A DNA stretch of 64,000 nucleotides from a virus. Lineage: Duplodnaviria; Heunggongvirae; Uroviricota; Caudoviricetes. The notes under the pieces are model-generated. The model worked only from the letters and a program-made list of their open reading frames with translations. It was not told where the DNA came from and did not search any database. The DNA lies in the IMG/VR virus record IMGVR_UViG_2609459826_000002. The stretch is one strand, 5' to 3'. A program made the translations under genes and the position numbers. Position 1 is the stretch's first letter, and each line of letters opens with the position of its first letter. Below are positions 10,159-20,184 of this stretch, piece by piece.

Positions 10159-10478
10159 TGCGGAAAGTACCTGTACGGGCCGACAAGCCAGCCAAAACTC
10201 TGCGGCATGTCGAGTTTCTCCACTTCCGTAACCGACGAGCGGTTTTCGTAAAAATGGCTGATAAGCATCAGCATCCCCAGACGAATATCATCCGGCAGGT
10301 GCAGCCCGTCCGGATCGCTGTCCGGAATGGTTTCATCCGGTGCATAGAGCTTCCGGTTCAGATACGTTTCCGTCCGCTTTTGTGCCGCACAGGCCAGCAG
10401 TTGCAGATGGCGGTCATCAGCATCGAAATCCTCATCCAGCCGGAGTTGGGCTTTAATCTCTTCCATTGTCAGAAGCAT
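10155..10478 (-). CDS. Head-tail connector protein (gp6-like)
   Basis: 107-aa acidic ORF immediately after capsid region. Confidence 0.55.
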   Translation of the reverse strand: MLLTMEEIKAQLRLDEDFDADDRHLQLLACAAQKRTETYLNRKLYAPDETIPDSDPDGLHLPDDIRLGMLMLISHFYENRSSVTEVEKLDMPQSFGWLVGPYRYFPQ

Positions 10479-10480
10479 AC

Positions 10481-10681
10481 TCAGCCCTCTTTACTGGTCG
10501 TGGCTTTTTTCTCTTTTGTCGCTTTACTGCTTTTTGCACTGGTTCCGCGCTCTGCTAACCCGGCCTGAAGTGCAATCTCCTGCACCCGGGCAGGAAGCGC
10601 CCCGTCGTCATACTCACCGGCCCGAATGACCTCAACACGCATACCGTCCGGTGACCATTTCAGATCTTGTTTCAGGATCAT
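10481..10681 (-). CDS. Small hypothetical phage protein
   Basis: 66-aa ORF with Lys-rich C-terminus between capsid and connector genes. Confidence 0.3.
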   Translation of the reverse strand: MILKQDLKWSPDGMRVEVIRAGEYDDGALPARVQEIALQAGLAERGTSAKSSKATKEKKATTSKEG

Positions 10682-10730
10682 GATTCTTCACCCGTCAGAA
10701 CAGGGGGCGCGGTTCCGCGCCCCTGAGTGA

Positions 10731-11936
10731 TTACGCCGCTGCAATCTTCAGCAGTTTGATGGCCTGCGAATCGACCAGCATCCCGCCGGTGCGCTTGGTG
10801 GTATAAAAACCGACAAACGGTTTATTGGTGTACGGGTCACGCAGAATGCGGGTGCCGATACGGTCAACGATGGTGTAACCCCGTTTGAAGTTACCAAATG
10901 CAATGGCTTTCGCATCAGCGGCGATATCCGGCATCTGTTCGTTTTCAGCGATACCGTAACCCGCCAGAGAGGACGGCTGCCCCAGTTCCAGCCCAGGACG
11001 CCACAGATAGTTACCCTCGGTGTCTTTCAGCAGACGGATGGCAAACAGGCTGTTGTTGTTCATCATGAACTTCGCGCCAGTGCGGTGTGCCTTTCGCAGC
11101 GTGTAAATCAGTTTGATAATGGCGTCTGCGGTCACCGCAGTCGCGTCGCCGGATACAATATGCTGAAGTTTGCCGAACGCCCGGACCTTATCGGTTTCAT
11201 CAGTGGACTCATACGCCAGGAACCCTTTCGGCTTCTTGGTGCCATCGCCGGAGGTAAAGGCAATTTCTTCCTGTTCGGCAAATTCGGTTGCCAGCTCGCT
11301 GTTGATCCAGGCCTCCACGTTGAAGAAGGCATCGTCCAGCATTTTCTGGGTAGCCTGCGGGTTGCCGTAGATTTCCCCCATGAGAGGTTCAATCAGCTCC
11401 AGTCTGGAGGTGGCAGTCTGGGATCGCGTATCCGTTTCCCCCACCCATCCGGAAGCCGTACCGCCCAGATTCACCAGTTTTTTGTAGTCGGAACCGCCAA
11501 CGGTGATCACCGTGGCTTCCTGACGCATCACCACTTCATCTTTCAGCAGGTTAAGAATGTTGCGATCCAGTTCTTCCGGCACGGCGTAGCCACCGTCTTC
11601 ATCGGTGCCCACCTGCAATGCCTTACGCTCCAGATCGCGCAGACCGTCTTCACGGCCTTTACGCAGGAAGCCCACAAACGCCTCTTTATGCTCGGTGGCC
11701 AGTTTATTTTGCGCTCCACCTGCCGGACGTTTCAGCTCAAGCAGCTCTTTTTCAAGGTCGCTTTTGAGATTTTCCAGCTCGCTGAGTTTTCCGTTCAGGG
11801 TTTCCACCTGCCCGGCAAGTTTGCCTTTTTCCTGCTCAATCGCCTCAACGCGCTTGTCGTTCTTTGCTTTGAAGTCGTCAAACTTCTGCTGCAGCTCCTG
11901 CGCGACCTGTTCGACATCTTTAATATCAACCGCCAT
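10731..11936 (-). CDS. Major capsid protein, HK97 family
   Basis: 401-aa ORF with N-terminal coiled-coil/delta-like region followed by HK97-like capsid domain. Confidence 0.9.
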   Translation of the reverse strand: MAVDIKDVEQVAQELQQKFDDFKAKNDKRVEAIEQEKGKLAGQVETLNGKLSELENLKSDLEKELLELKRPAGGAQNKLATEHKEAFVGFLRKGREDGLRDLERKALQVGTDEDGGYAVPEELDRNILNLLKDEVVMRQEATVITVGGSDYKKLVNLGGTASGWVGETDTRSQTATSRLELIEPLMGEIYGNPQATQKMLDDAFFNVEAWINSELATEFAEQEEIAFTSGDGTKKPKGFLAYESTDETDKVRAFGKLQHIVSGDATAVTADAIIKLIYTLRKAHRTGAKFMMNNNSLFAIRLLKDTEGNYLWRPGLELGQPSSLAGYGIAENEQMPDIAADAKAIAFGNFKRGYTIVDRIGTRILRDPYTNKPFVGFYTTKRTGGMLVDSQAIKLLKIAAA

Positions 11937-11950
11937 CGTATTTCTCCTGA

Positions 11951-12637
11951 TTAGAAGTTCAGATTTTTCAGTGCATTCAGTGCAGAGCCCACATCCTCAG
12001 CGTCGCGCAGGGACAGTGCGCCATAGCCCCCGGCCATGAATGCTTTGGCCTGGGTACGGGAGAGTCCGACATCACGCAGGACTCTTTCGATTTTTTTCTG
12101 TTCGGGGATTTCCCCGCGGGCCAGTGCGTTCTTGACGTCGCTGATCCGCGCCTCGTCGTTAGACGGGAACGTCACCAGGCTGACTTCCCAGAGGTCGATT
12201 TCTTTCAGCAGAAAGGCTTCTTTGCTCCGGTCGTATTCCCAGTCTTTCAGGACGTACCCAATAGAAAGGCCGGTTAACGAACCGGCCTTCATGTGTGCAT
12301 GTGCGCGTTTTGCGAGGGGATCATCATCAATAAGCAACCGTCCCCTGACGTAAAGCCCGACATCGTCTTCCTTCATTTCGGTGTAAACACCGATGGGTTC
12401 ATCCATGCGGTGCTGCCAGAGCAGCGCAGGTAACGCTTTTCTGTCACTCCACGCCCGCAGGGAAGCGGCAAATGCCCCTGACATCACCACATCATCGTGG
12501 CTGTCCTTTACACCAAAGACGGAGCCATACCCTTCAAACTCACCGGAGTCACTGACAGATTTCAGACTCAGCGGTACATCAAGACGTTGTTTCGTCTGCA
12601 TTGGCGTTATCCTTCTGCTTACCGGCTTTACTGCCAT
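11951..12637 (-). CDS. Prohead protease, HK97 family (start may be internal)
   Basis: 228-aa ORF between portal and capsid; conserved order portal-protease-capsid. Confidence 0.8.
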   Translation of the reverse strand: MAVKPVSRRITPMQTKQRLDVPLSLKSVSDSGEFEGYGSVFGVKDSHDDVVMSGAFAASLRAWSDRKALPALLWQHRMDEPIGVYTEMKEDDVGLYVRGRLLIDDDPLAKRAHAHMKAGSLTGLSIGYVLKDWEYDRSKEAFLLKEIDLWEVSLVTFPSNDEARISDVKNALARGEIPEQKKIERVLRDVGLSRTQAKAFMAGGYGALSLRDAEDVGSALNALKNLNF

Positions 12638-13820
12638 CGGAGGGTTTCGTGGTCATGTTCATCGGTGTGAGATAGACATCACCACCGGGACGCGGATTCA
12701 TATCTTCCAGGTCGCGGCAGTCATTGGGAGAGTAAATTCCCCAATTGATCCCGGTAGCGTAGGCTTCAAAACGGGACTTCATATCCCCGCGCAGTAAGGC
12801 CCCGGCGTTAAATTTGGCGTAATAAACGCCCTGCTTACTTTTTCGTACCAGTCCGGTGTTGATCCGCTGCTCAATGCGGGTCAGATACGGCACCAGTGAA
12901 TAGTTGATAAATCCCAGCCCCAGCTCTTCGATATTGTTGAAGGTGGCGCGATCGGTGTTCTGCACCATGTGCAACGGCACCCGGAACAGACGACAGATTT
13001 CTTCAAGCTGAAACTTGCGGGTTTCCAGGAACTGGCTGTCCTCGGCGTTCAGCGCCATCGACTTCCAGTCCAGCCCCATCTCAAGGATCATCGGGCGGTG
13101 AGCATTGCCAAGCCCGGTGTGACGCTCCTCAAAATCTTTCTTCAGGCGCTCATAAGCCTGATCTGACAGCGTCTGCTCTGTACGCAACACACCCGACGTC
13201 ACCGCGCCATTGCTGAACAGTCTGGCCCCGTGCTCTTCGGTCGCAGCTGCCAGCGATATTGCCTCGCGGGCATAGGCGATGGGATTCAGCCCCACCAGAC
13301 CGTCCAGCGTCAGCGTGCGCACATGCCAGATATCTTCCTGGCTCAGTACATCCGTAGAGCCGTCCGGGAATGTGACCTGATAGACCGGCTCCCAGCTACT
13401 GTTAAGCTTCGGTACCACACAGCCGGGATCGACGGGCAGCAGTTCAGCCACTTCGCCAAATGCTTTCACTTTGTAGGCGTAAAAGTTTCCCCGCAGGCAC
13501 AGACAGGTGACCACCAGCTCCCAGAACTCCTGCGGCGTCATATAGCCATTGGGATGCGTGGAGATCAGCTTATGCAGACGCTCGCCGGTGGCTCTCTGTT
13601 TCAGGCTGCCGTTCAGGTGATACAGATTGCAGGGCAACATCCCGACCGACTCTGCCAGCACCCTGACGCAGGAAAAAACCGCCGTCAGTCGCATGGCCCG
13701 CTGGCTGCTGATCTGCTTTCCGGTATAGGTGTCGTAGGACAACCCGATAGCATCCGCCAGCTCTGCTGGCGTGGTCACCGGTGCGTCACTTTTTCGTTGA
13801 AATAATCCCGAAAAGAACAC
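12579..13820 (-). CDS. Portal protein, HK97 family
   Basis: 413-aa ORF downstream of terminase large subunit. Confidence 0.85.
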   Translation of the reverse strand: MFFSGLFQRKSDAPVTTPAELADAIGLSYDTYTGKQISSQRAMRLTAVFSCVRVLAESVGMLPCNLYHLNGSLKQRATGERLHKLISTHPNGYMTPQEFWELVVTCLCLRGNFYAYKVKAFGEVAELLPVDPGCVVPKLNSSWEPVYQVTFPDGSTDVLSQEDIWHVRTLTLDGLVGLNPIAYAREAISLAAATEEHGARLFSNGAVTSGVLRTEQTLSDQAYERLKKDFEERHTGLGNAHRPMILEMGLDWKSMALNAEDSQFLETRKFQLEEICRLFRVPLHMVQNTDRATFNNIEELGLGFINYSLVPYLTRIEQRINTGLVRKSKQGVYYAKFNAGALLRGDMKSRFEAYATGINWGIYSPNDCRDLEDMNPRPGGDVYLTPMNMTTKPSDGSKAGKQKDNANADETTS

Positions 13821-14002
13821 TATTTACCTCCGCCGACAGACGACTGTGTACGGTCGAGATATCGCGCCACCAGCCACGACCAGAACAGGCACAACGCCCC
13901 GGCAACAACAAACCCCGCCGGGGGATAAATCAGCCAGGCACCATACGCCAGCAAAAGCGCCCCCAGCACGCCCACCAGAGGCGCGAGAATCAGCATGATC
14001 AT
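13820..14002 (-). CDS. Small hypothetical membrane protein
   Basis: 60-aa ORF, two hydrophobic helices, between terminase and portal. Confidence 0.3.
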
Positions 14003-14013
14003 AATTACCTCAG

Positions 14014-15747
14014 TTAAAGCGAGCGGATCCCATAGGACTCAATGTGGTCAGACAACGTGTCTTCTTTCTCGTACAGCATGGCTCTGCCAACCGCCATAAT
14101 CAGCGCAACTGCACCATCGATTTTGTTTTCCGCCTGCTCTTTGACGGGCTTCACCACATCATCGTTACCCGGAATGGTTTTGCCGACCACGTTGCCGATA
14201 CACCAGGTCATGATGGGATTGCCATCATGATGAAAGCGCCCCGATTCAATTGCCGCTTCCAGCTCTTTCATCGGGTCGGACATGTTGGTGTAGTTCTGAA
14301 TGATAGTGACGGGATTCAGGTCTTCATCAGCAAGGTCATGTGACAACCCGGTCGCCCCGAAGGGGTCGATGGGTGACTCACTGACCGGGCTGATTTTGTT
14401 CGCCGCTTTGGCCTCCTCGAGGATGTAGCGATAATCCACCTCCGCACCATCGGTAACGGTCAGAACGCCCATTTCCACCCATTTCTGAAAGCGTTCGGCT
14501 GTCCGGCGATCTTCATTTTTCTCGACGCTGTACACCGTGTCATACGGTACCCAGAAGCGCGGAGCCACACTGTAGTAATGCGTTTTACCGTCAATCTCGC
14601 GGGTATAAAGTCGCGCCATGCTGTTCATATCCAGCTTACGCGCCAGGTCAAAGGCCAGAATGCACGGTTGCCCCTCGAACTGTTCAAGGGTCAGTGATTT
14701 ATCCTCGCAGCTCTGCCAGCTCACTAGGTTGAAATACGCCGAACGCGCCGACACCCAGATATTGAGGTGTTTTGTTTTAAAGACGTTTGCCAGACGGGCG
14801 TTATTTTTCGCACGCTGCTGCTGACTTAACAAAAATTCGCGATAAACCGACACGCCAATATTCGGGTTAGCTTTTTCCAGCACCTGCGGGTCGGTCCAGT
14901 CATCGCCTTCGTCAACGGTATAGATGATCCCGAACAGTTCATCGTTGGGTACCGAACCGTTGAGCATCTCGATAACTTCCCGCCGCTTGTCGTAGCACGG
15001 CCCCTCAATGTTGTACCCGGCGGTGGTGATGGCCCACATCAGTGGCTGACGTCGCGCGCCCATCCCGGTAAGCATCGTGGTATAAAGCGCATCGGTGGCG
15101 TGCTCGTGATATTCATCCACCACGGCACAGTGGGGTGATGAACCATCACCGGGGTTACCGATCAGCGGTTCAAACCGCGCGCCATCCTCCGGACGGTTCA
15201 TGTTTGAGGCGTTAACCTCAATCCCGAACGCTTCCGTCAGCATGGGTGTGCGTTTACACATCAGTCGCGCCGGGCGAAAGACTTCCCACGCCTGTTTCTC
15301 TGTCGTGGCACCGGAATACACTTCCGCGCCAAACTCGTTATCACAGGCAAAACAATACAGGGCAACACCGGCAGAGATTGCCGATTTGCCGTTCTTACGG
15401 GGGATTTCGGTATACCCCTCCCTGAAGCGGCGCAGCCGGGAGCCTTTATTGACCCAGCCAAACGCACAGCAGATCACAAAGAGCTGCCACGGTTCCAGCG
15501 TGATGGGCATCCTCTTGAATGCCCACTCCCCCTTGGTGTGTGGCAACAGCTGAATAAATTTCGCGGCCCGTTCAGCCAGGTCCTTGTCGAAGCGGTAACG
15601 AAACGACTTACTTTTTTCCGCCATCAGGTCATCAAGATGGCGCTGGCAGGCCTGAATCACAAACTGGCAGGCCACAATCTTTCCGCGCACGACATCACGG
15701 GCATACTGATTGGCAGCATTTACGTTGGGGTAAGATTTCCGGCTCAT
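14014..15747 (-). CDS. Terminase large subunit
   Basis: 577-aa ORF; ATPase and nuclease regions typical of TerL. Confidence 0.9.
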
Positions 15748-16247
15748 GATTCGATGATTTTCAGAAACTGGTTAGTGGCTTTCTTCTGCCCCGCCAGGCC
15801 AATCAGACGCTGGCGGCTGCTGGGGTCGAGTCCGAGCATTGCCCCCGTGCTGCTCATCTCGGACTCCTGTTCTTTCTTGGCGGTCAGCTCCGGATTTTTG
15901 ACCATGCCACCCATTGCACCGGTGATGGTGTTGCCCTGTCTGGCAATATTTTTCACGGCACGCCGCCAGAACTCGTAGGCCACGCACCACCGCTCAAGCA
16001 CCGCGAGGTCAGTCACGCACAGCAGGCCCTGACCGCAGAGTTCTTTGGTTGTCAGTTGCCACATGATCGTGGCGAGAGGGAGATCTTCTTCAGCGAACCA
16101 CTCCGGTGGCTCAACACCTTTGATGGGCGTAAAAACAGGTTCATCTTTATTCAGGGCTCGCTTGCCGGGGTTTCCGGCCAGCGCCTTGCGCGCCGTTGGC
16201 TTGGGGCGACGCCCGGAACGCCCCGCCGTTCCAGCCATATGCGGCAC
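15744..16247 (-). CDS. Terminase small subunit (P27 family-like)
   Basis: 167-aa ORF overlapping TerL start. Confidence 0.75.
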   Translation of the reverse strand: MPHMAGTAGRSGRRPKPTARKALAGNPGKRALNKDEPVFTPIKGVEPPEWFAEEDLPLATIMWQLTTKELCGQGLLCVTDLAVLERWCVAYEFWRRAVKNIARQGNTITGAMGGMVKNPELTAKKEQESEMSSTGAMLGLDPSSRQRLIGLAGQKKATNQFLKIIES

Positions 16248-16363
16248 TCCTGGTTAAATTTCATTTTTCGCGGGTATAAAAAAACGATGGGGCGGGCAGT
16301 CCGGAAGACGTCAGGTCACAGGGATTTGACCCGCCCCTCCCCTCTGGCTGTGGGAACTGGTTC

Positions 16364-16801
16364 TTACTTCAACCGTTCACGGGCCGTCTTCGCCTTATGA
16401 CATGGCCAGCACAGGCTCTGCAGATTACTGTCAGCGTCAGTGCCGCCATGCGCCTTAGGGATAATGTGGTCAACGGTTTTCGCCTCACGCACCACACCGG
16501 CACGCAGACATAACTGACACAGGCCTTTGTCACGCTTCAGCACACGTTCACGGATGGTATCCCACTTCGAACCGTAACCGCGCTGATGACGTGACAGGCC
16601 TGGTTTGTATTGCTTCCAGCCTTCGCTTTTGTGGCTTTCGCAATAGCCTGACGGGTCAGTAGTGGTATTGCGGCAACCGCGAACGCGGCAGGCTTTTGGT
16701 GTACGTGGTGGCATTAATTGTTTCCTTAAGCCATTACGATGCGTCTGAAAATGAGTTAATCTGAAAATTCCTTCACTATGCGAGAGCATGACAATGGTCA
16801 T
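16364..16801 (-). CDS. HNH endonuclease (packaging-associated)
   Basis: 145-aa ORF with Cys/His motifs (CxxC ... HxxPKAHGG ... CWPCHKAK) typical of HNH; sits just upstream of terminase genes. Confidence 0.8.
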   Translation of the reverse strand: MTIVMLSHSEGIFRLTHFQTHRNGLRKQLMPPRTPKACRVRGCRNTTTDPSGYCESHKSEGWKQYKPGLSRHQRGYGSKWDTIRERVLKRDKGLCQLCLRAGVVREAKTVDHIIPKAHGGTDADSNLQSLCWPCHKAKTARERLK

Positions 16802-17093
16802 AGGACAAGAAGATCAGAAATGCTGCCCGGCTTGCAATTCAGATGCGACCTGGCAGAACCGTGATACCGCTTGGTTAATTAGATGCCCGATGTGTGAAAC
16901 ATTTCTCATCAGGAATTCCACCATTGAAATTTTGCGAAGTGACGTTGTGTATCGGACATTAGCTGGTGACCTTCTCAAACAAGAAGGTGGGTGTGACTAC
17001 ATGCTTACAAGAGGAAGGCTTGCGAACTTCGCGAAAACCCAGCTCCCAAAATCAAAGTTTCAGGAATACTTCCCTGGTGACAACTACGAATAA
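16788..17093 (+). CDS. Hypothetical small zinc-ribbon protein on the opposite strand
   Basis: 101-aa ORF with CPACNS and CPMCETF motifs in an AT-rich gap between HNH and spanin genes; coding status uncertain. Confidence 0.25.
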   Translation: MTMVIGQEDQKCCPACNSDATWQNRDTAWLIRCPMCETFLIRNSTIEILRSDVVYRTLAGDLLKQEGGCDYMLTRGRLANFAKTQLPKSKFQEYFPGDNYE

Positions 17094-17132
17094 GCCATTA
17101 CAAAGCCCACCCGCAGATGAGCTTTGTAATGG

Positions 17133-17390
17133 CTACTGTGAGTTGCGTGACGTTTCTATCTTCCTGATACTGGCCTTGTCGATGTTGCACTGGCCCAGCG
17201 CCGAAAGCAGGCTCACATTCAGATCCAGACTGGCCCCATAGGTCAGCGGGTCGGGAATGACTGGCTGGGGCGTTTCAGTGGTCAGGCTTGTTGGCAGCGG
17301 TACCGCCGGAACCGGCACGTAAACTGTTCGCGTACTTCCGCAACCGGTCAGCAGCGGCAGCAGGCACATGACGTGAAGCACAATCATCAT
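17133..17390 (-). CDS. Rz1-like o-spanin lipoprotein (out-of-frame overlap with Rz)
   Basis: Signal peptide with lipobox LLTGC, Pro-rich mature part; overlaps 3' part of Rz-like gene in a different frame. Confidence 0.6.
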   Translation of the reverse strand: MMIVLHVMCLLPLLTGCGSTRTVYVPVPAVPLPTSLTTETPQPVIPDPLTYGASLDLNVSLLSALGQCNIDKASIRKIETSRNSQ

Positions 17391-17667
17391 CCGCAACAGC
17401 CACTTTGATATCTTCCTGGGTTCTCTGTGACTCCAGTGCGATCTGCTGTTTTGCATGCTGGTTAGCCTCTATAACTGTATTGATGATTTGCAGTGATTGC
17501 AGAACGTTACGGGTAATGGCAGTTGCTGATTCAGCATTTCGTACAGCCTCATCAGCACGCTCCTTTTCGTGCTGATATTTGCTGTAGTAATGTCCAGCAG
17601 ACCAGATGAAGGAACCAATGACGCTAACAACGAAGGCAACAATAACCAGCTTATATCTCAGCCTCAT
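17275..17667 (-). CDS. Rz-like i-spanin
   Basis: 130-aa ORF with N-terminal TM segment and coiled-coil region, downstream of endolysin. Confidence 0.65.
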   Translation of the reverse strand: MRLRYKLVIVAFVVSVIGSFIWSAGHYYSKYQHEKERADEAVRNAESATAITRNVLQSLQIINTVIEANQHAKQQIALESQRTQEDIKVAVADDDCASRHVPAAAADRLRKYANSLRAGSGGTAANKPDH

Positions 17668-18127
17668 TTACTACCCCACCAGCTTTTTTAAATCGGGCAA
17701 TCAGGTCACCGATTTTATGTTCATACTGACCGTAACCTGCACCAGGTAACGACGCCCAGATATTGCTGCAACGGTCGATTGCCTGACGAATACTGCCGCG
17801 GTCAATCATCGGTAAAGCACCACGCTCTTTAATCTGCTGCAGAGCTACAGCGTCCTGGCTTTCTGGAGAAAAATCTTTCAGTCCAAGCTGTTTACGGTAA
17901 GCATCCCACCAGCGTGAAAGAAGCTGGTAACGTCCGGCAGCTGTTGATTTGAGTTTGGGGTTTAGCGTGACAAGTTTGCGAGGGTGATCGGAGTAATCAG
18001 TGAACAGTTCGCCACCAACAATAACATCATAACCGTGGTTACGTGTCGGTTGTCGCCCGTTATCCGTTCCTTCTGACCATGCCACCATATCCAGGAAAGC
18101 TTTACGCTGGGAATTTAGTGCCTGCAT
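17651..18127 (-). CDS. Endolysin, lambda R-like lytic transglycosylase
   Basis: 158-aa ORF closely resembling lambda R (…QRKAFLDM.AWSEGTDNGRQ.TRNHGYDVIVGGELFTDYSDHPRKLVTLNPKLKST.AGRYQLLSRWWDAYRKQLGLKDF…). Confidence 0.9.
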   Translation of the reverse strand: MQALNSQRKAFLDMVAWSEGTDNGRQPTRNHGYDVIVGGELFTDYSDHPRKLVTLNPKLKSTAAGRYQLLSRWWDAYRKQLGLKDFSPESQDAVALQQIKERGALPMIDRGSIRQAIDRCSNIWASLPGAGYGQYEHKIGDLIARFKKAGGVVNEAEI

Positions 18128-18130
18128 AAA

Positions 18131-18562
18131 TTACTCCTTCGAGCTACCAAATTTGTTACCGATTACTCGCATTGCAGCCCCACGAATAGCATCGACACCG
18201 ATCAGCCCCACGCCACCACCAATGGCAACAGAAAGCGATTTAGGCCATCCGACATATTCAAGAGCGGATGCAAAGGTCAGCGTCAGAGCGCCACATAGCA
18301 AAATCTCGAGCGTTTTTCGCTTCCAGCCACCACCACCGCCAAAATAGGCGATGCGCAAACCAGCCATAACGATCGACATAATCACTGCACCCAGCGGTGT
18401 GTCTCCACGCCACCAGCTCTGAAACAACTCCAGCCAGTCCGGCCAGGTATTTGGGTTATGAGGCATTTCGTCATCTCTCACCTCGCGATATTTGCGGGTG
18501 CTGTGTTGGAAATAAAAAGGCCACGCAACGTGGCCACCAGAATTATTTCCCCACCAGTTCAC
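18131..18562 (-). CDS. Holin (lambda S-like topology); true start probably internal
   Basis: Three hydrophobic segments and charged C-terminus upstream of endolysin. Confidence 0.6.
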   Translation of the reverse strand: MNWWGNNSGGHVAWPFYFQHSTRKYREVRDDEMPHNPNTWPDWLELFQSWWRGDTPLGAVIMSIVMAGLRIAYFGGGGGWKRKTLEILLCGALTLTFASALEYVGWPKSLSVAIGGGVGLIGVDAIRGAAMRVIGNKFGSSKE

Positions 18563-19595
18563 TTACCTCTTTCACCGTCTGATTAAACCGCTCTGACTCA
18601 AGTTCAACACCTAACGCCCGACGCCCCAGCGCCATTGCTGCTTTTATTGTGGAACCGGATCCCATAAAGAAATCAGCAACCAGATCACCAGGTCGACTAC
18701 TGGCATTGATTATTTGCCGGAGCATATCCGCCGGTTTCTCGCACGGATGTTTACCCGGGTAGAACTGAACGGGCTTATGCGTCCAGACATCGGTATAAGG
18801 CACGGAGACTGATACGGAGAAATAGCGCCGGAGAGATTTAAACTCATCCAGCAATTCAGAATATTTGCGATTCAGTGAATCATAAGATGCCACCAGCTGG
18901 TGGTGTGGTTGTTCCAGTTGTTGTTCCTGAAACTTCTCTGCCGCTATACGGGAAAACAGTGCCTGTAACTTCCGATAGTCAGCCTCATTCGGCAACTGCC
19001 ACTGACTGGCACCAAACCAGTGGGAAACCATATTTTTCTTACCTGTGGCTTCGGCAATTTGTTTTGCCGTTATACCCAGTTCGGCACGAGCATCCCTGAA
19101 ATACGATATCAGCGGTGCCATTATGTGCTGTTTGAGTTCCCTTTCTTTTGCCGCATAGCCGTCACTTTTGCCGCGATATGGCCCCTGGTAATGTTCAGCA
19201 AACAGAACGCGCTCTGTGGCAGGAAAATATGCGCGCAGACTTTCTTTATTACACCCATTCCAACGTCCGGACGGCTTCGCCCAGATGATATGGTTAAGCA
19301 CGTTGAAACGTTCACGCATCATGATCTCAATATCAGATGCCAGGCGATGCCCACAGAACAGGTAAAGGCTTCCGGCAGGTTTCAACACCCGCCAGAACTG
19401 GGCCAGACAGTGGTCCAGCCACTTAAGGTAATCTTCGTCCCCTTTCCACTGATTGTCCCAACCGTTGGGTTTCACCTTGAAGTAAGGCGGATCGGTAACA
19501 ATCAGGTCAATGGAATCATCAGGCAGGGACTGAATAAAATGCAGGCAATCAGCGTTGATTAAATCAACACTGTTTATTTTTACAGTATTTTTCAT
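18543..19595 (-). CDS. DNA methyltransferase (DPPY motif, N6-adenine/N4-cytosine class)
   Basis: 350-aa ORF with IVTDPPYF motif and SAM-binding C-terminal motif FFMGSGST. Confidence 0.8.
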   Translation of the reverse strand: MKNTVKINSVDLINADCLHFIQSLPDDSIDLIVTDPPYFKVKPNGWDNQWKGDEDYLKWLDHCLAQFWRVLKPAGSLYLFCGHRLASDIEIMMRERFNVLNHIIWAKPSGRWNGCNKESLRAYFPATERVLFAEHYQGPYRGKSDGYAAKERELKQHIMAPLISYFRDARAELGITAKQIAEATGKKNMVSHWFGASQWQLPNEADYRKLQALFSRIAAEKFQEQQLEQPHHQLVASYDSLNRKYSELLDEFKSLRRYFSVSVSVPYTDVWTHKPVQFYPGKHPCEKPADMLRQIINASSRPGDLVADFFMGSGSTIKAAMALGRRALGVELESERFNQTVKEVSELVGK

Positions 19596-19744
19596 GGATC
19601 AGTAAGCGTAACTCTGGTAGGCTCACTCTGCTTTTGCGCTAAAGCAGTGGGCCGTGGTTCGCTTGTGACCAGTAGGCATGAGCGAATGGCTGGCAGGTGC
19701 TACCAACACCCACCAGCCGCCCATTTTCACAAATTAAAAGCCCT

Positions 19745-19963
19745 TCATTGCTGAAGGCGTCTGTAACAGCCGAACTGGTAATCTACCAGCCCCGCCATAA
19801 CCAGCTGGGTCAGTATTAACTGACAGCGTTCGCGTGAAAGGTATGTGTTTTGTGCAATCTCCCCGACTGTTGCCGGTTCGATGCTTAATTCATTAAAAAC
19901 AACTTTCGCCGTTTCTGTCATATCTTGCTGTTTTAGCATGTCTTTTTCCCTTCTGGTTAACAT
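19745..19963 (-). CDS. Small hypothetical phage protein
   Basis: 72-aa ORF upstream of methyltransferase in late region. Confidence 0.3.
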   Translation of the reverse strand: MLTRREKDMLKQQDMTETAKVVFNELSIEPATVGEIAQNTYLSRERCQLILTQLVMAGLVDYQFGCYRRLQQ

Positions 19964-20061
19964 GACATACCAATAACTCTTGTCTAAAAAGCCAGCAAGA
20001 TAAAAAGTCAGTATTCACGACCACCAGCGTGTTTACCGTACTGCTCTTGGTTTACAGGTAC

Positions 20062-20086
20062 AAAAAAACCGCTCGACGGCGGGTTT
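20062..20086 (-). terminator. Rho-independent terminator on minus strand (tR'-like candidate)
   Basis: rc reads AAACCCGCCGTCGAGCGGTTTTTTT: short GC stem plus T7 run. Confidence 0.5.
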
Positions 20087-20184
20087 AAGCTGTGTGGCGA
20101 AGTAACCACTCTTAACAGATTATGATAGTTTTTGCGTACGCGTTAGTAATTTATTATGCTCTTTACAATTGTTAGCTTAACCGC

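Noticed and set aside
11085-12039. Long plus-strand ORFs (289 aa, 144 aa) overlapping the capsid gene
   Set aside because: Antisense to a high-confidence HK97-type major capsid gene; low-complexity translations.
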